From Rhynchopus sp. YZ270_cl-10 (Eukaryota), in contig OZ037836.1 in NCBI GenBank assembly GCA_964035575.1, positions 1,364,001-1,428,000 on the forward strand: DNA of 64,000 bases. The letters are read 5' to 3'. Each line of letters starts with the position of its first letter. Position 1 is the stretch's first letter. The translations under genes and the position numbers were made by a program. Shown here in pieces: positions 21,653 to 33,188 of this stretch. Below the pieces are notes generated by a model, which saw only the letters and a program-made list of their open reading frames with translations, made no database searches and was not told the DNA's origin.

Positions 21653-23498
21653 GTCTTTGTTGTGGTTTGTGTTCTGATTTCTGTGTGTGGTGGTGGGGTG
21701 GAGGACAAGACAAGAAACACCCTATTTTGCAGGGTTGTTTCAACCCTGGGCGCTACGGCAGGACAGACAGCAGACCTGCAACAGCTCATCAGACCGCCCC
21801 ACACAGCATGCCACAGTTGGCATGGTGCTGGCAAAGGTGAATGCTGCAAGACACCTGTTCAGCGTCAGGGGACTGCCCTGGTGCGCAGCTCTGCAGAGGA
21901 CACTACGCAAGCTGCGGACATCGTGCATGCGTTTGAACGCACTGCGAACACAGTGAAGGTGACGTCAGAAGCATGCACCCTGGAGAAGAAGATGTGCTGG
22001 TCCTATGCACGCATACAGCCTTGTGGTGAGTAGGTTCGAAGAAGCCCCCCGCAAAAGGTGAAGCAGATTCTTGGCTGGGATGTTGAAAACACAGTTGTGT
22101 TGCTGCTGTTGAATACGACGTAAAAAACTGAAGAACATTTCCCACATGCACTTCAATGTCGATTGCGCCTGTGCAAGGAATCATCCATTTGTGAATGCCA
22201 ACGAATGAAAACAGCCTCTCGTACGTCCCAACAGGCGGCAGTGTCAAGTACTCAGCTGATATGTACCCCACTGCACGCAGGACAGGTGTCCCCTCGTCAC
22301 ACTCCCATTCAACTGTGAAGTTAACTGCAAGAGGGTTCCCAGCAGGAGGATGCACTCTGCGAATGTTAATGTCCTGTCCTACTCACTTCACAGCGTGCTG
22401 CAACCACAGACGAAGCTGAGGTGCCAGACAAATGCACGAAAGCACGACTCAGGGGGGAGGACACGCTTTGCTGTGCTTGGGGTGCTTGGGGTGCGGAAGC
22501 AACTCTTGTGCTGTGCTGGAGGAAGGGGTGTGGGAGGTGGAGGTGCACAGTGTTGTGAGTGTGGGGGGTTTGGGTGTGGCGCTTCCCGCGATCGTTTGTG
22601 GTGATGATGGGAGGGGAAGCTGTGTACCCCCAGTCACACTATCAAGTGAAAGCACGCCATCAGTGCATCAGAGCACACAACGGAAGCCACTCGCCTCCGT
22701 CATCACACCTCACACCTCTTCGTGCAAGCTACCAAGAAGACAGTGAAAGACCACGTGGTGTTAACGAGTTCAGAGTGAAATAAATTGCAGAAAAAAGGGG
22801 GGTTCGGCGGGGAGGTACGTTGTAATGAATAAGACATGGGTTTTTGTGGGGATTCTTTTGCAGCACAGAGTAACATAATTGTGTTTCATTATAGACTACT
22901 ACCACCTGATGTTTACCTCGCGAAAAGTCGCGAAAAGCCAAACACCACCCGTTTGTCCCAGCCGTTACACGCCTTTACGTGCCAATACGCGCCTATGCGA
23001 GGGGTAAAAATCAGGTGGTACTATCAGTACTATCATTAGATAGCAGCAACGATGTTTTCTTCACAGGATCCTTAAAAGAGAGCAAATAGAAGGAGTACGC
23101 TTTGCAGGAGGTGTCAGAATGCTTTGTTTCTATTTTGAAAACTAGGTTGCATTAGTGTAGCCACACTGCTACAGTACTTTGTTTTGTTTTCTTTTGTTTT
23201 GGGGGAATTATTTGCATTTGTACCTGTGCACAAATATGTCCGCGTATACAAAAAGATTTCCAACAATATGTCACAAGTGTCATCAATAAAAAGGGGTAAA
23301 GCCTAAAAGGCAGAGGAGTGAAAAGAAAGCTTCGCAATGGGGACACAACGTAACATAACACAACGTGTGGAACGTCTTGCTCAGCACAGCTCTCCTCTCG
23401 CACCAAGTAGTAGTCTGTGCCACGGTGAGCAAGACTGTGCCCCTCTTCTTCTCCGAACCAGAGGACGCAAGCAGACATACTGCCAGAGACCCTCCACC

Positions 23499-26400
23499 CA
23501 GAGCCCGCGGACCTCCCCCGAAAATTAATTATGCACCCCCTTCCAACCCCCGTCCCGCCCAAAAAACACAAAAAAAAAAACAAAAAAAAACCTCTCCCGA
23601 GCTTTCCCCGAGGACAAGCCAGAAATACGAAAGGGAGGCTTTTTCTCCTGCTGAAAGTGAAAAAATGACGGGGGGAGGGGGGTCATATGTTCTTTGATGA
23701 TTTTACATTCGGTATACGGGGGGGGTGGTGGTGGGGTTGGGGTTGGGGTAAAAAACTTAGAAAGGCGGATACACTGACGTGACAACATGGTCAGGGATAC
23801 GCAGTGCGCGATTAATTTGGCACCCTGACGCATTCGTGTAAGCGGTATAAAATCGCTTCACTGCTCGCAGACACTGGTTGTGGGACAGACGTTTATCGAA
23901 TCTCTTGACCTCCTTCCCAGGCGCAGAAAACACTCTGCCCTTCCCACGGGCATGCAGAGCAATACGCATGTTCCCGTTCAGGTTGTCGGATGAAAGCAAT
24001 TTCCGCTGATTAGTTTTTATTTGATTCATAGCTGATATGACTCTCTCACATTCAGCGTTGCTCACGGGGAAAACAAGAAAAATTTCAATAATTTCTCTCA
24101 AATGAGGGAAGAGTTTTTTTTTTTTCATTATTTTATAAATGTCAGGCACTGTCGTGTCAGACAAAGTAGAAAACGTGTCTTTGTAAACAATGAACTCCGC
24201 CTTGATACGGGCGAGATCGAAGTCGTAACCTCCATGTGTGCCTGACACCTTTCGGTCCTCAGTGCAGGGGTCGGAGGAGGTGCCACTGTAAAAAAAATCT
24301 GTCACGCCGCTAGTGTACCACGACAACAGGTCGTCTAGCTCTTTTGCCCCAAAAAGTAGTAATTGTGATGTGTCCCTGGGGAAATGTCTAGGGGAAAAAA
24401 TTTTAAATTTAGACAAAAAGGGCACATCACAAATCACGCCCTCAGTCTCTTCAATGAGGCGGGTGAGGTAGGGGGAGGCGACGATTTCGTGGAATGGGTT
24501 AAATTCCAGGTCTTCGTCCAATGCCTCCGCATTTACGTCGGCCAGCACCTCTGGCCACGTGGGGTACACCTGTCCTGATATCGCAGGATTATCACGCAGT
24601 TCGCGGATAGTGTGCAGGTACTGGTCGAACACGTCGACCAGATCAAACACGCTCAGGCTGCGGTCCTGTGGAATGAAATAAAATAAACGATAAAGGGAAT
24701 TGATTTGGGCCATACCTGGAGTGTTGAGACCAACGAGCTGTTGGCATCCTCGACATCTGCAAGCAGATGCACGCTCTTTACCATGGCGGGTTCCATGAGC
24801 TTCGCTGACAGATCAGCGGTCTTTGCTCTAAGGAACCGCACCAGAGGGCGGTACACTGCCGTGATGTTATCCAAACATCTGGCATTCTGGATCCACCGAA
24901 TCTCATGGGGTTCCAGTACCTTGCGTGGCTTGTCGATTCCAACTCCTTTCTGGAACTTCATCCAGTCCGTCACACGAACGCTGCTGGCGTTGAACCAGGA
25001 GTACAGCTTCGACTCCATGGCGATCGCCGCATCCAGGCACGGCACGGCCTTCGTCGCCCCCTTTGGCTTCAGCACAAACTGGTGGCACGTACACCAGAAG
25101 TACTTCGCGTGCAGGTTCATTCTCACGCGTAGCCTCTTCTGCAGCCCCCTCTTTTTCCCAGACATCGACGCTGTCCCATCCAATCCGATAGCAATCATCC
25201 TTTTCGGATTTAAACCAAGGTCGCGTACCGCCCCCAAGAGTACCCTCTCATACTCCTCTGATGTGCCGTTGTTCATGGGGAGCAAGGACAGGAAGCACTC
25301 GCGAACCTCCCCCTCCTCTACGTCGATGTAGCGAACACAAAGAGCACACTCTGCACACTGGGCGATGTCCTTGCTCTCATCGCACATCAAAGACCACCAG
25401 GGAGACTGCTGGATGCACAGTAGCAAGTCCTCCGTCGTAACCATCGACACTGACTCCAGTAATTGGCGAGACTCTGCCGTGCCGAGGTAAGTCGGCGGCT
25501 CAGCTAAATGCCGCTGCAAACTGGCGCACCCCTGCTCCTCAGCCACGTAGATCACGTGCTCTTGCAACTCCTCAATGGCGTGCATACGTCGAGCGTTGTA
25601 GTGCACACACTTGATCAGGCTAATGAGCCCTTCCAGGTTCTTCTCCTTCGTGTTTTCACTCGCCATGTCAAGCTGTGCAGCGATGGAGGAGGTGGGCGCG
25701 GCGGGCTTCTTACTGTTAACCAGGAACTTCGCATGCTCACGTTCAGCAGTAACATGATACTCCGCCTTATGATGCGATTTTATTGCATCAAGTGCAGTGT
25801 TCCAGTTGTTCAGTGGTCTTTTGGAAGTGAACGCGTGCTGAACATTTGTAGGCATCGTTCCCTTCTTCTCCTTCACGAAGAACCACTCGCAGTGCTTGCA
25901 CGTCATCCCAAGTTCGTCCTTGCAGAGCCACTTGAACTGGCTCTCCCACGATTCCTGGTACGTCCGTACTTTTCGCTTCTTCGCTGCACGATTGGAGCTT
26001 GACACATCAGACGCAAGACGAGTACGATCACCTGAACCTGTCGCAGAAGCCGCATCTGGGACGTCGGTCGTAGCATCAACATCTATCTGCATGGCGGTAG
26101 CAACAGGCGCAGTCTCCTCTGTAGTAGCAGCAGGCGCAGTCTCCTCTGTAGTAGCAACAGGCGCAGTCTCCTCTGTAATAGCAACAGGCGCAGTCTCCGT
26201 AGATGTGACGGCAACGGAAGGGGGCTGCAACACAAAGTCGCTCACGGAGGCTTTAACACCTGTAGCTGGCACTTCATCTTCATCTTCGTCATCGTCATCG
26301 CCATCGCCACCGACCTGCATTGCCACGCTGGCGTCAAGTTGTGACATGGCTTCTGTCGCTGATGCAGCCTTCATCTGATCGGCCTTCCTCTTCGCCTGCT

Positions 26401-26812
26401 GCAACATGGCCGGCAGTGACCCCTTCTCCCTCTTTCCCAGCCTTGCCAAAGCTTGCATCCGCTTTGTCGGCCGGCCGGACATTATTATTCTTATTCTTTT
26501 TTGATTTTTCTGTTAAGTATTGTACATGGGAAAGGGATGTCGATGTACAGGCGATTGTCGAAACTACAAAAAACCCCTGCGGGGCTGAGGCTCCCAAACC
26601 CTTTTTCCTTTTTTTTTTTGTATCGACAATCACCTACTGAGGCAGGAAAAATAAAATTTCCCCCTCCCAAACCCCCCTCCCCCCAAAAAAAACACCCAAA
26701 AAAAAAACCCAAAACCCCCGTCCCTGGACGGGGGTCGGGACGGGGGTCGGTTTTTGGAAAATAATTGACCCCCGTCCGGGACGGGGTGAACGGGGGTGTT
26801 CCGCGGACTCTG
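23499..26812 (-). mobile_element. Full-length hAT DNA transposon (3314 bp)
   Basis: 8-bp TSD CCTCCACC (23491-23498, 26813-26820); TIR CAGAGCCCGCGGACCTCCCCCG / CAGAGTCCGCGGAACACCCCCG (19/22). The empty site GAGACCCTCCACCTCGGGG is present in paralogous flanks at ~9172, ~29788 and ~37339. Confidence 0.95.
23757..26482 (-). CDS. hAT transposase (ZNF862/DUF4371-like), 2 exons 26482-24716 and 24665-23757, ~891 aa
   Basis: WESQFKWL...CKHC...H zinc finger, SLMCDES, GLDGT, CTCH, EIRW, and PVSNAECERVISAMNQIKT dimerisation motif. A 50-nt GTATGG...CACAG phase-0 intron joins STLQ|DRSLS in frame. Confidence 0.9.
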
Positions 26813-26876
26813 CCTCCACCTCGGGGAGGTGCTGCCCTCCCACCAACACACCACGCCGTCATTGTGCGTGTCTCCG

Positions 26877-27617
26877 TCACTTCTGGCTTTGCTCGGGGGA
26901 TTCGTCTCTGCTTCGTTTCGGACGTGCTTCAACCACAAGCTTACTCAGCTTGCCGTTCCTCACTTCGTTGGACACAACACTGCTGCAGCCGGAAAGGTAA
27001 ATGCTCGTCAACGAAGTGCAGTTCCCAGCAAAATGCGCACTTCCAAAGAACAAACGAATATGCATCACATTGCTGAGTGGTGATAAATCCAAGGTCCTTA
27101 AACTGCTGCAGTTGTAAATGAAGCCTGCGCCAACCTGCGTCACATTGCTCAACCCAGAGAGGTCCAGACTTGTTAACGAGGTGCAGTCTCTCAGGAAGTA
27201 GTCTTCAATGTGAGTCACAATGGACTCAGCACTGAGATCAAGTCTCGTCAACGAAGTGCGCGACAAGAAGTAATTCGGAATGACAGTCGCAACCTCCGCC
27301 TGCAGAAGCAAACACGCCACCTCAGGATCCATCACGCGCTTCAGCCTCTTGGCTGTGATGTCGGTCACACCCAACGCATGAAGCTCTGCAATGGCTTTTT
27401 GCTTCTTCGTCTTCGTGAGGATGATCGTGTCACCAGCACTCAACTGCGTTATGTCCGCTCCTTCTCCCATCGCTTCGTCTCCGAAACTCATGCAAAAGCT
27501 GTCTTCAGGCAACCCCATTGCAGACGCCACCTTCCGCCGCAAGCCCTCCACTCTGTCATCCTCACCCACCTCGACTGTGTGCTGATTCGTGTCGAAACCC
27601 TTGATGTTCAGGTCCAT
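26877..27617 (-). CDS. Ubl-LRR paralogue C (246 aa, 3 LRRs)
   Basis: Start at MDLNIKGFDTNQ by homology to the paralogues; ends RPKRSRDESPEQSQK. Confidence 0.85.
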   Translation of the reverse strand: MDLNIKGFDTNQHTVEVGEDDRVEGLRRKVASAMGLPEDSFCMSFGDEAMGEGADITQLSAGDTIILTKTKKQKAIAELHALGVTDITAKRLKRVMDPEVACLLLQAEVATVIPNYFLSRTSLTRLDLSAESIVTHIEDYFLRDCTSLTSLDLSGLSNVTQVGAGFIYNCSSLRTLDLSPLSNVMHIRLFFGSAHFAGNCTSLTSIYLSGCSSVVSNEVRNGKLSKLVVEARPKRSRDESPEQSQK

Positions 27618-28221
27618 GTCTTTGTTGTGGTTTTGTGTTCTGATCTCTGTGTGTGGTGGTGGGGTGTGGAGGACAACAAAAATAGCTGCGGAGAGGCCCC
27701 CTCTCCCGACCCACAACCCCCGACTCCGCACCACGCCGTATTTAAGGTGCTCTATTTGGGTGACGCGATATTCAGAGGACAGCCTCCTCACCTGCAGACG
27801 ATATACGACTTCCCGTGGTTTCAGCCTCACACAGAATACTTAGGTCGACTGTTCTCCAGAAAGCTGGTGCATGAGCTGTCCTGGGTGCCACCCTTCTTCT
27901 TGAACAGCGACACGTGTTCCAGGGGTGAGAGAGTGGTCAGTGTTGACAGGCTGGTTAGTACTGCTCGACATTGTGTTGTTTTCTACGCTGTGAGATGTTA
28001 ACGTACGTACTCTTTTTGATTCAAAACCCCAATTGAAGACTTTAGGTAAAAATTGGTGGAAAAAGGAAAAGTTGGGGGGATTGCAATTTTTTTTTGGGCG
28101 TTTCCTCCACCCCCAACTCACAATGTTTGCAAATGAAACACATCCCCTCCTCCATCTATTCGTCGTCGGGGAGGTGCTGCCCTGCCACCAACGCACCACG
28201 TCGTCATTGTGCGTGTCTCTG

Positions 28222-29028
28222 TCACTTCTGGCTTTGCTCGGGGGATTCGTCTCTGCTTCGTTTCGGACGTGCTTCAACCACAAGCTTACTCAGCTCGCCC
28301 TTCCTCACTTCGTTGGACACAACGCTGCTGCAGCCGGAAAGGTAAATGCTCGTCAACGAAGTGCAGTTCTCAGCAAAATACGTAGTACCTGCAAAACCGG
28401 TACTAATGTGCGTCACATTGCTGAGTGGAGATAAATTGAGTGTGGTTAAGCTCTTGCAGCCGAAAAGAAAACTGTCGCCAACCTTCGTCACATTGTTGAG
28501 TACTGACAAATCTAGGATAGCTAGTCTCCAGCAGTTCTGAAGGAAGTCCGCACCAACCCGCGTCACATTGCTCAACCCAGAGAGGTCGACACTTGCCAAC
28601 GAGTCGCAGTCTGCCAGGAAGCAGTCTCCAATGTGAGTCACGATGGACTCAGCACTGAGATCAAGTCTCGTCAACGAAGTGCGTGCCAAGAAGTCATTCG
28701 GAATGACAGTCGCAACCTCCGCCTGCAGAAGCAAACACGCCACCTCAGGGTCCTGCACACTCTCCAACTTCTCGGCTGTGATGTCGGTCACACCCAACGC
28801 ATGAAGCTCTACAATGGCTTGTTGCTTCTTCGTCTTCGTGAGGATGATTGTGTCACCAGCACTCAGCTGCTCAGCTGCTTCGTCCTTCCCTCCGAAGCCC
28901 ATGCGGAAGCTGCCCTCAGCCAACCCCACTGCAGTCGCCACCTTCTGCCGCATCGTCTCCGTTGTGTCATCCACACCCACCTCGATCACGTGCGAGTTGT
29001 CGGCAAAATCCTTAATAGTTACGTCCAT
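28222..29028 (-). CDS. Ubl-LRR paralogue D (268 aa, 4 LRRs, divergent Ubl)
   Basis: MDVTIKDFADNSHVIEVGVDDTTETMRQKVA followed by the shared linker and LRRs. Confidence 0.85.
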   Translation of the reverse strand: MDVTIKDFADNSHVIEVGVDDTTETMRQKVATAVGLAEGSFRMGFGGKDEAAEQLSAGDTIILTKTKKQQAIVELHALGVTDITAEKLESVQDPEVACLLLQAEVATVIPNDFLARTSLTRLDLSAESIVTHIGDCFLADCDSLASVDLSGLSNVTRVGADFLQNCWRLAILDLSVLNNVTKVGDSFLFGCKSLTTLNLSPLSNVTHISTGFAGTTYFAENCTSLTSIYLSGCSSVVSNEVRKGELSKLVVEARPKRSRDESPEQSQK

Positions 29029-30235
29029 TTGTCTGCTTTTGTGTCGCTCTGTTGTGTGGGGTTGTAGTTGGGGCTGGAGTGGGTCAACATGGTGAAGGAA
29101 AAACAACACCTCACCAAAGCCCTTCCTTTGCAGGCAGACGTACAAATTGAATCATGCAGACAACCCTTGAAGGACGTCATATTGATGTTGCTTTTAAGAC
29201 TTTACGTCTTTTCCTTCTGCAGCATGAAAAGGATTCTGCCAACATTGAGTACAGACCTCTTCTGGGTACTCAGGCCATTGTCGAAGCATCCACAGTCCGC
29301 GAGGTTACTACGACATGCAAGACCAAGACACATTGCAGATGCTCCAAGCACCAACGGGAAACACGCCTTCGCACAAAATTGCGTATCAATTCTCCCTCTC
29401 AGCAGAACACCGTCTATGAGAAAAGAAGCGTGACGGGAGGGGGTGAGAAAAGGTGGAGGTGGGGTACAGCCTTTTGTTGGAAACCGTCATCACACCTCAC
29501 ACCTCTTCGTGCAAGCTACCAAGAAGACAGTGAAAGACCACGTGGTGTCGACGAGTTCAGTGATAATAAATTGCAGAAAAAATGGGGGTTGGGCGGGGAG
29601 GTACGTTGTAATGAATCAGACATGGGTTTTTGTGGGGATTCTTTTCCAGCAGTGAAATAACACAATGTGTGGAACGTCTTGCTCAGCACAGCTCTCCTCT
29701 CGCACCAAGTAGTAGTCTGTGCCACGGTGAGCAAGACTGTGCCCCTCTTCTTCTCCGAACCAGAGGACGCAAGCAGACATACTGCCAGAGACCCTCCACC
29801 TCGGGGAGGTGCTGTCCTGCCACCAACACACCACGTCGTCATTGTGCGTGTCTCCGTCACTTCTGGCTTTGCTCGGGGGATTCGTCTCTGCTTCGTTTCG
29901 GACGTGCTTCAACCACAAGCTTACTCAGCTCGCTGTTCCTCACTTCGTTGGACACAACACTGCTGCAGCCGGAAAGGTAAATGCTCGTCAACGAAGTGCA
30001 GTTCATAGCAAAATGCGCACTTCCAAAGAACAAACGAATTTGCGTCACATTGCTGAATGGCGACAAATCGAGGGTGGTTAAACTGCTGCAGGCCTTCAGG
30101 AAGCCCGCACCCACCTGCGTCACGTTGCTAAATGGTGACAAATCCAGGGTCGTTAAGCTCTCGCAGTACGCAAGGAAGCCCTCACCAACTTGCGTCACAT
30201 TGCTCAACCCAGAGAGGTCGACACTTGTCAACGAG

Positions 30236-30849
30236 ATATTAAACTTGAAAAACGTGATCCACCCCCGCAAAAAGAAAAACCAGCAAAAGGGAAGGATGGC
30301 ACCACGGTGTGCCAGAGAGTGGCTTGATCCCATTTGCTGACTTATACCCAACAAAGAAGCGACACCTAAGTGAACAGGGGCCGTATACCACCGCTGGTGG
30401 CCTAGGTTAGTATATAAGCCAGTTCAAGGTCCGCACTCTGGCAGCGTCAAAAGAAATAAACAACAATAAAACCACCTGTCATTCCAATGGGAGGAACGAA
30501 TGACTGGCATCTCCTAATTCTCTAAACTGCGGTGAGTGGAACACCCAACTGATGCAAACCACTGCCGCAGGTTAGCACCTACAAAAAGCAAAGAAAAGCA
30601 AAGAAAAGAAAAGCAAAAGCTGTGCATGGTCGTAAAGTAGGCGCAGGGTCGCTTAAATCCCTGAGGGCACAAAAAGCCCAGCATACACCTCCTCCAGTTG
30701 CTTTGGACCCTCCAATATCATGTGCCCGGGTTTGCAAAAGTGCAATGCAACCATCCCACGCGTGGCCTTCGTTCACTCAAAAAAGAGATTATATCCGGGG
30801 ACGCCAGGGCAAAAATGCCGGGGGGCTGCCACCTCACGTTTTTGTCCCC
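30236..30849 (-). mobile_element. 614-bp non-coding retroposon-like insertion, family 2
   Basis: Exact 18-bp TSD TCGACACTTGTCAACGAG (30218-30235, 30850-30867); no TIR, no ORF of note. Confidence 0.85.
30762..30849 (-). ncRNA. Putative HDV-like self-cleaving ribozyme
   Basis: Hand fold: P1 GGGGAC/GUCCCC; P2 GUGGC/GCCAC; P3 GCC/GGC directly abutting P1'; L3 CCCC[GGCA-UUUU-UGCC]CU; P1.1 CC/GG; short P4 CUC-U6-GAG; J4/2 CGAA as in genomic HDV. Confidence 0.72.
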
Positions 30850-31817
30850 TCGACACTTGTCAACGAGGTGCAGTGGGCCAGGAAGAAGTCTCCAATGTGA
30901 GTCACAATGGACTCAGCACTGAGATCAAGTCTCGTCAACGAAGTGTGTGACAAGAACCAATCCGGAATGATAGTCGCAACCTCCGCCTGCAGAAACAAAC
31001 ACGCCACCTCAGGATCCTCCACACTCTCCAACTTCTCGGCTGTGATGTCGGTCACACCCAACGCATGAAGCTCTGCAATGGCTTCTTGCTTCTTCGTCTT
31101 CGTGAGGATGATTGTGTCACCAGCACTCAGCTGCGTCATGTCCGCTCCTTCTCCCATCGCTTCGTCTCCGAAACTCATGCAAAAGCTGTCTTCAGGCAAC
31201 CCCATTGCAGACGCCACCTTCCGCCGCAAGCCCTCCACTGTGTCATCTGCACCCACCTCGACTGTGTGCTGATCCAATGGAACGAAGAGACATCATTTTG
31301 AAGTGTGAAGGGTGTGACGGGTATATAATGAGGTGGAACTGTGGTGGTGGGGGTGGGTTGTGCTGTGTCGGGTTGTGCTATTCAAAAAGTTGTGAAATGC
31401 AGGGGGGTTGTTTTCTTGTATTTGAAGTATCGAAGATACTCCGCACTGTGCGGCCTTTGAGACTAACGAACCAATGAAGCGCCCTGCCTCGAAAATGTAA
31501 AAAATGTGAAAAATGCGAAAACCACACCACAAGGTAATAAAAACAGGTAAATTTGTCTACTTAGGTTAGGAAATTCTGGAAAATAGGTACTATTTAGCCG
31601 CATGCGTGCCCAAATGTCCCCTTTTTTCTGCCTTGTATAATACAAGGGTGTATTCGTTCTCCGGTACTCAAACCTCGCCCCAGAAGGAGCAGAACTTATT
31701 TTTTGCCTCATTTCACGTTGTCGTGTATCGCGTCCACCTTGGTCTTTGTGAAGTACTTCTCCTCGCAGGTGTTGAAGGCGTCGAGGACACAAAATTCAAT
31801 TTTGACTGAGAATCATA

Positions 31818-32897
31818 TCAATCAAACCAAAGAACACAACCACTGCTTGCAGCAGGCCTCCTTGACCTGGCACCGGGTTGCATCAATAGGTACTTCTTCG
31901 ACACAGCATGTGTCGCAGTCGCGAAGGCCTCCTTGCGGGGAAGGCCGGACTTCATGGCAGCCGTGAACTCAGCGGGGAAGTGCGTCTTCACGAAGAGCGC
32001 GTATTTGGTAGCAGGCTTCTTCAGGCTCTGGCGAATGTCGGTCCTCTTGGCCTTGTTCTTTGCTGCCTCAGCCTCGAGCACTCCACGCTGCTGGGCGGAG
32101 AGTGCTGCCCACTTCGTGTTCACATCCTTCAGGGTCAGCTTCGTTCCCTTCATCGTCTTCTGGATGAACAGGGTGCGTGCGGTGATAGGTCCGCTCGATG
32201 CGATCTTGGCCTTCTTGGCCTTCTCCTCGTTGACACGATCCTTGAGGGCAGCCTTCTTGTCCTTGGCAGCCTGTCTCTTCTTCGCCAGACGAGCCTTGAG
32301 GGCAGCCTTCTTGGCCTTGACAGCCTGCTTTCTCTTCGTAACACGAGCCCTGAGAGCAGCCTTCTTTGCCTTCTGAACCTGCTTTGCCTCGTCAACACGA
32401 GCCTTCAGGGCAGCCTTCTCTGTTTTCTTGACCTGCTTTGCCTCGTCAACACGAGCCTTCTTTGCCTTTTTAGTCTGGACCTTCTTGAGGGCGGCTTTCA
32501 TGACCTTGTAAGCAGCCTTCTTGTCCTTCTTGACCTGTGCCTTCTTCGCAGCACGAGCCTTCAGTGCAGCCTTCTTGGCCTTGACAGCCTGTGCCTTCTT
32601 CGTAGCCTTCTTGGCAGCGCGAGCCTTCAGGGCAGCCTTAAGAGCAGCCTTCCTCACCTTGACAGCCTGTGCCTTCTTCGCAGCCTTCTTGGCAGCGCGA
32701 GCCTTCAGGGCAGCCTTAAGAGCAGCCTTCACCTTCTTGGCAGACACCTTCTTCGACGCAGACTTCTTCGCCACAGGCTTCTTTGCTGCCTTGGTCACCT
32801 TGCTGTGCATCTGCACCGCACCCACCTGCACAGCACCCACCTGCACAGCAGGGAGCACGAACTTCGCCTGGCGCACAATGGAACGAAGAGACATCAT
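31818..32897 (-). CDS. Second KAP-like gene copy (359 aa), fewer Lys/Ala repeats, altered C-terminus
   Basis: Near-identical to 2908-4155. A 22-bp deletion (CGTCAGACACTTCGCTGGGAAC) removes the stop codon and gives a new tail YLLMQPGARSRR... Confidence 0.7.
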   Translation of the reverse strand: MMSLRSIVRQAKFVLPAVQVGAVQVGAVQMHSKVTKAAKKPVAKKSASKKVSAKKVKAALKAALKARAAKKAAKKAQAVKVRKAALKAALKARAAKKATKKAQAVKAKKAALKARAAKKAQVKKDKKAAYKVMKAALKKVQTKKAKKARVDEAKQVKKTEKAALKARVDEAKQVQKAKKAALRARVTKRKQAVKAKKAALKARLAKKRQAAKDKKAALKDRVNEEKAKKAKIASSGPITARTLFIQKTMKGTKLTLKDVNTKWAALSAQQRGVLEAEAAKNKAKRTDIRQSLKKPATKYALFVKTHFPAEFTAAMKSGLPRKEAFATATHAVSKKYLLMQPGARSRRPAASSGCVLWFD

Positions 32898-33020
32898 TTT
32901 GAAGTGTGAAGGGTGTGACGGGTATATAATGTGGTGAAACTGTGGTGGTGGGGGTGGGTTGTGCTGTGTCGGGTTGTGCTATTCAAAAAGTTGTGAGGGA
33001 GCAGAACTTATTTTTTTGCC

Positions 33021-33188
33021 TCATTTCACGTTGTCGTGTATCGCGTCCACCTTGGTCTTTGTGAAGTACTTCTCCTCGCAGGTGTTGAAGGCGTCGAGGA
33101 TGGGCTGGCATTTGCTTGCAAGACGCTGTTTTATGCAACGCTGCACTGCTTCCCGTTCGCGTAGGCACGGGTGTGACCCTCTGGCTGG
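33021..33188 (-). pseudogene. Second copy of the orphan twin-CX9C exon
   Basis: Same peptide as 4264-4431; homology ends just past the acceptor tract. Confidence 0.6.

Larger units (their letters stand above)
29857..31275 (-). pseudogene. Ubl-LRR paralogue E, interrupted by a 614-bp insertion, 5' end replaced by KAP-gene sequence
   Basis: QHTVEV...FLAHCTSLTSV (31271-30850) resumes as SLTSVDLSGLSN... below 30235. Native MDxNIKGFDTN start is absent. Confidence 0.85.

Noticed and set aside
21690..22390. Coding-like minus-strand stretch (ORF 21903-22355)
   Set aside because: No recognisable domain and the frames are broken; cannot be supported as a gene.
24653..24715. Frameshift or pseudogenisation of the hAT transposase
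   Set aside because: Explained by a canonical 50-nt GT-AG intron that restores the frame.
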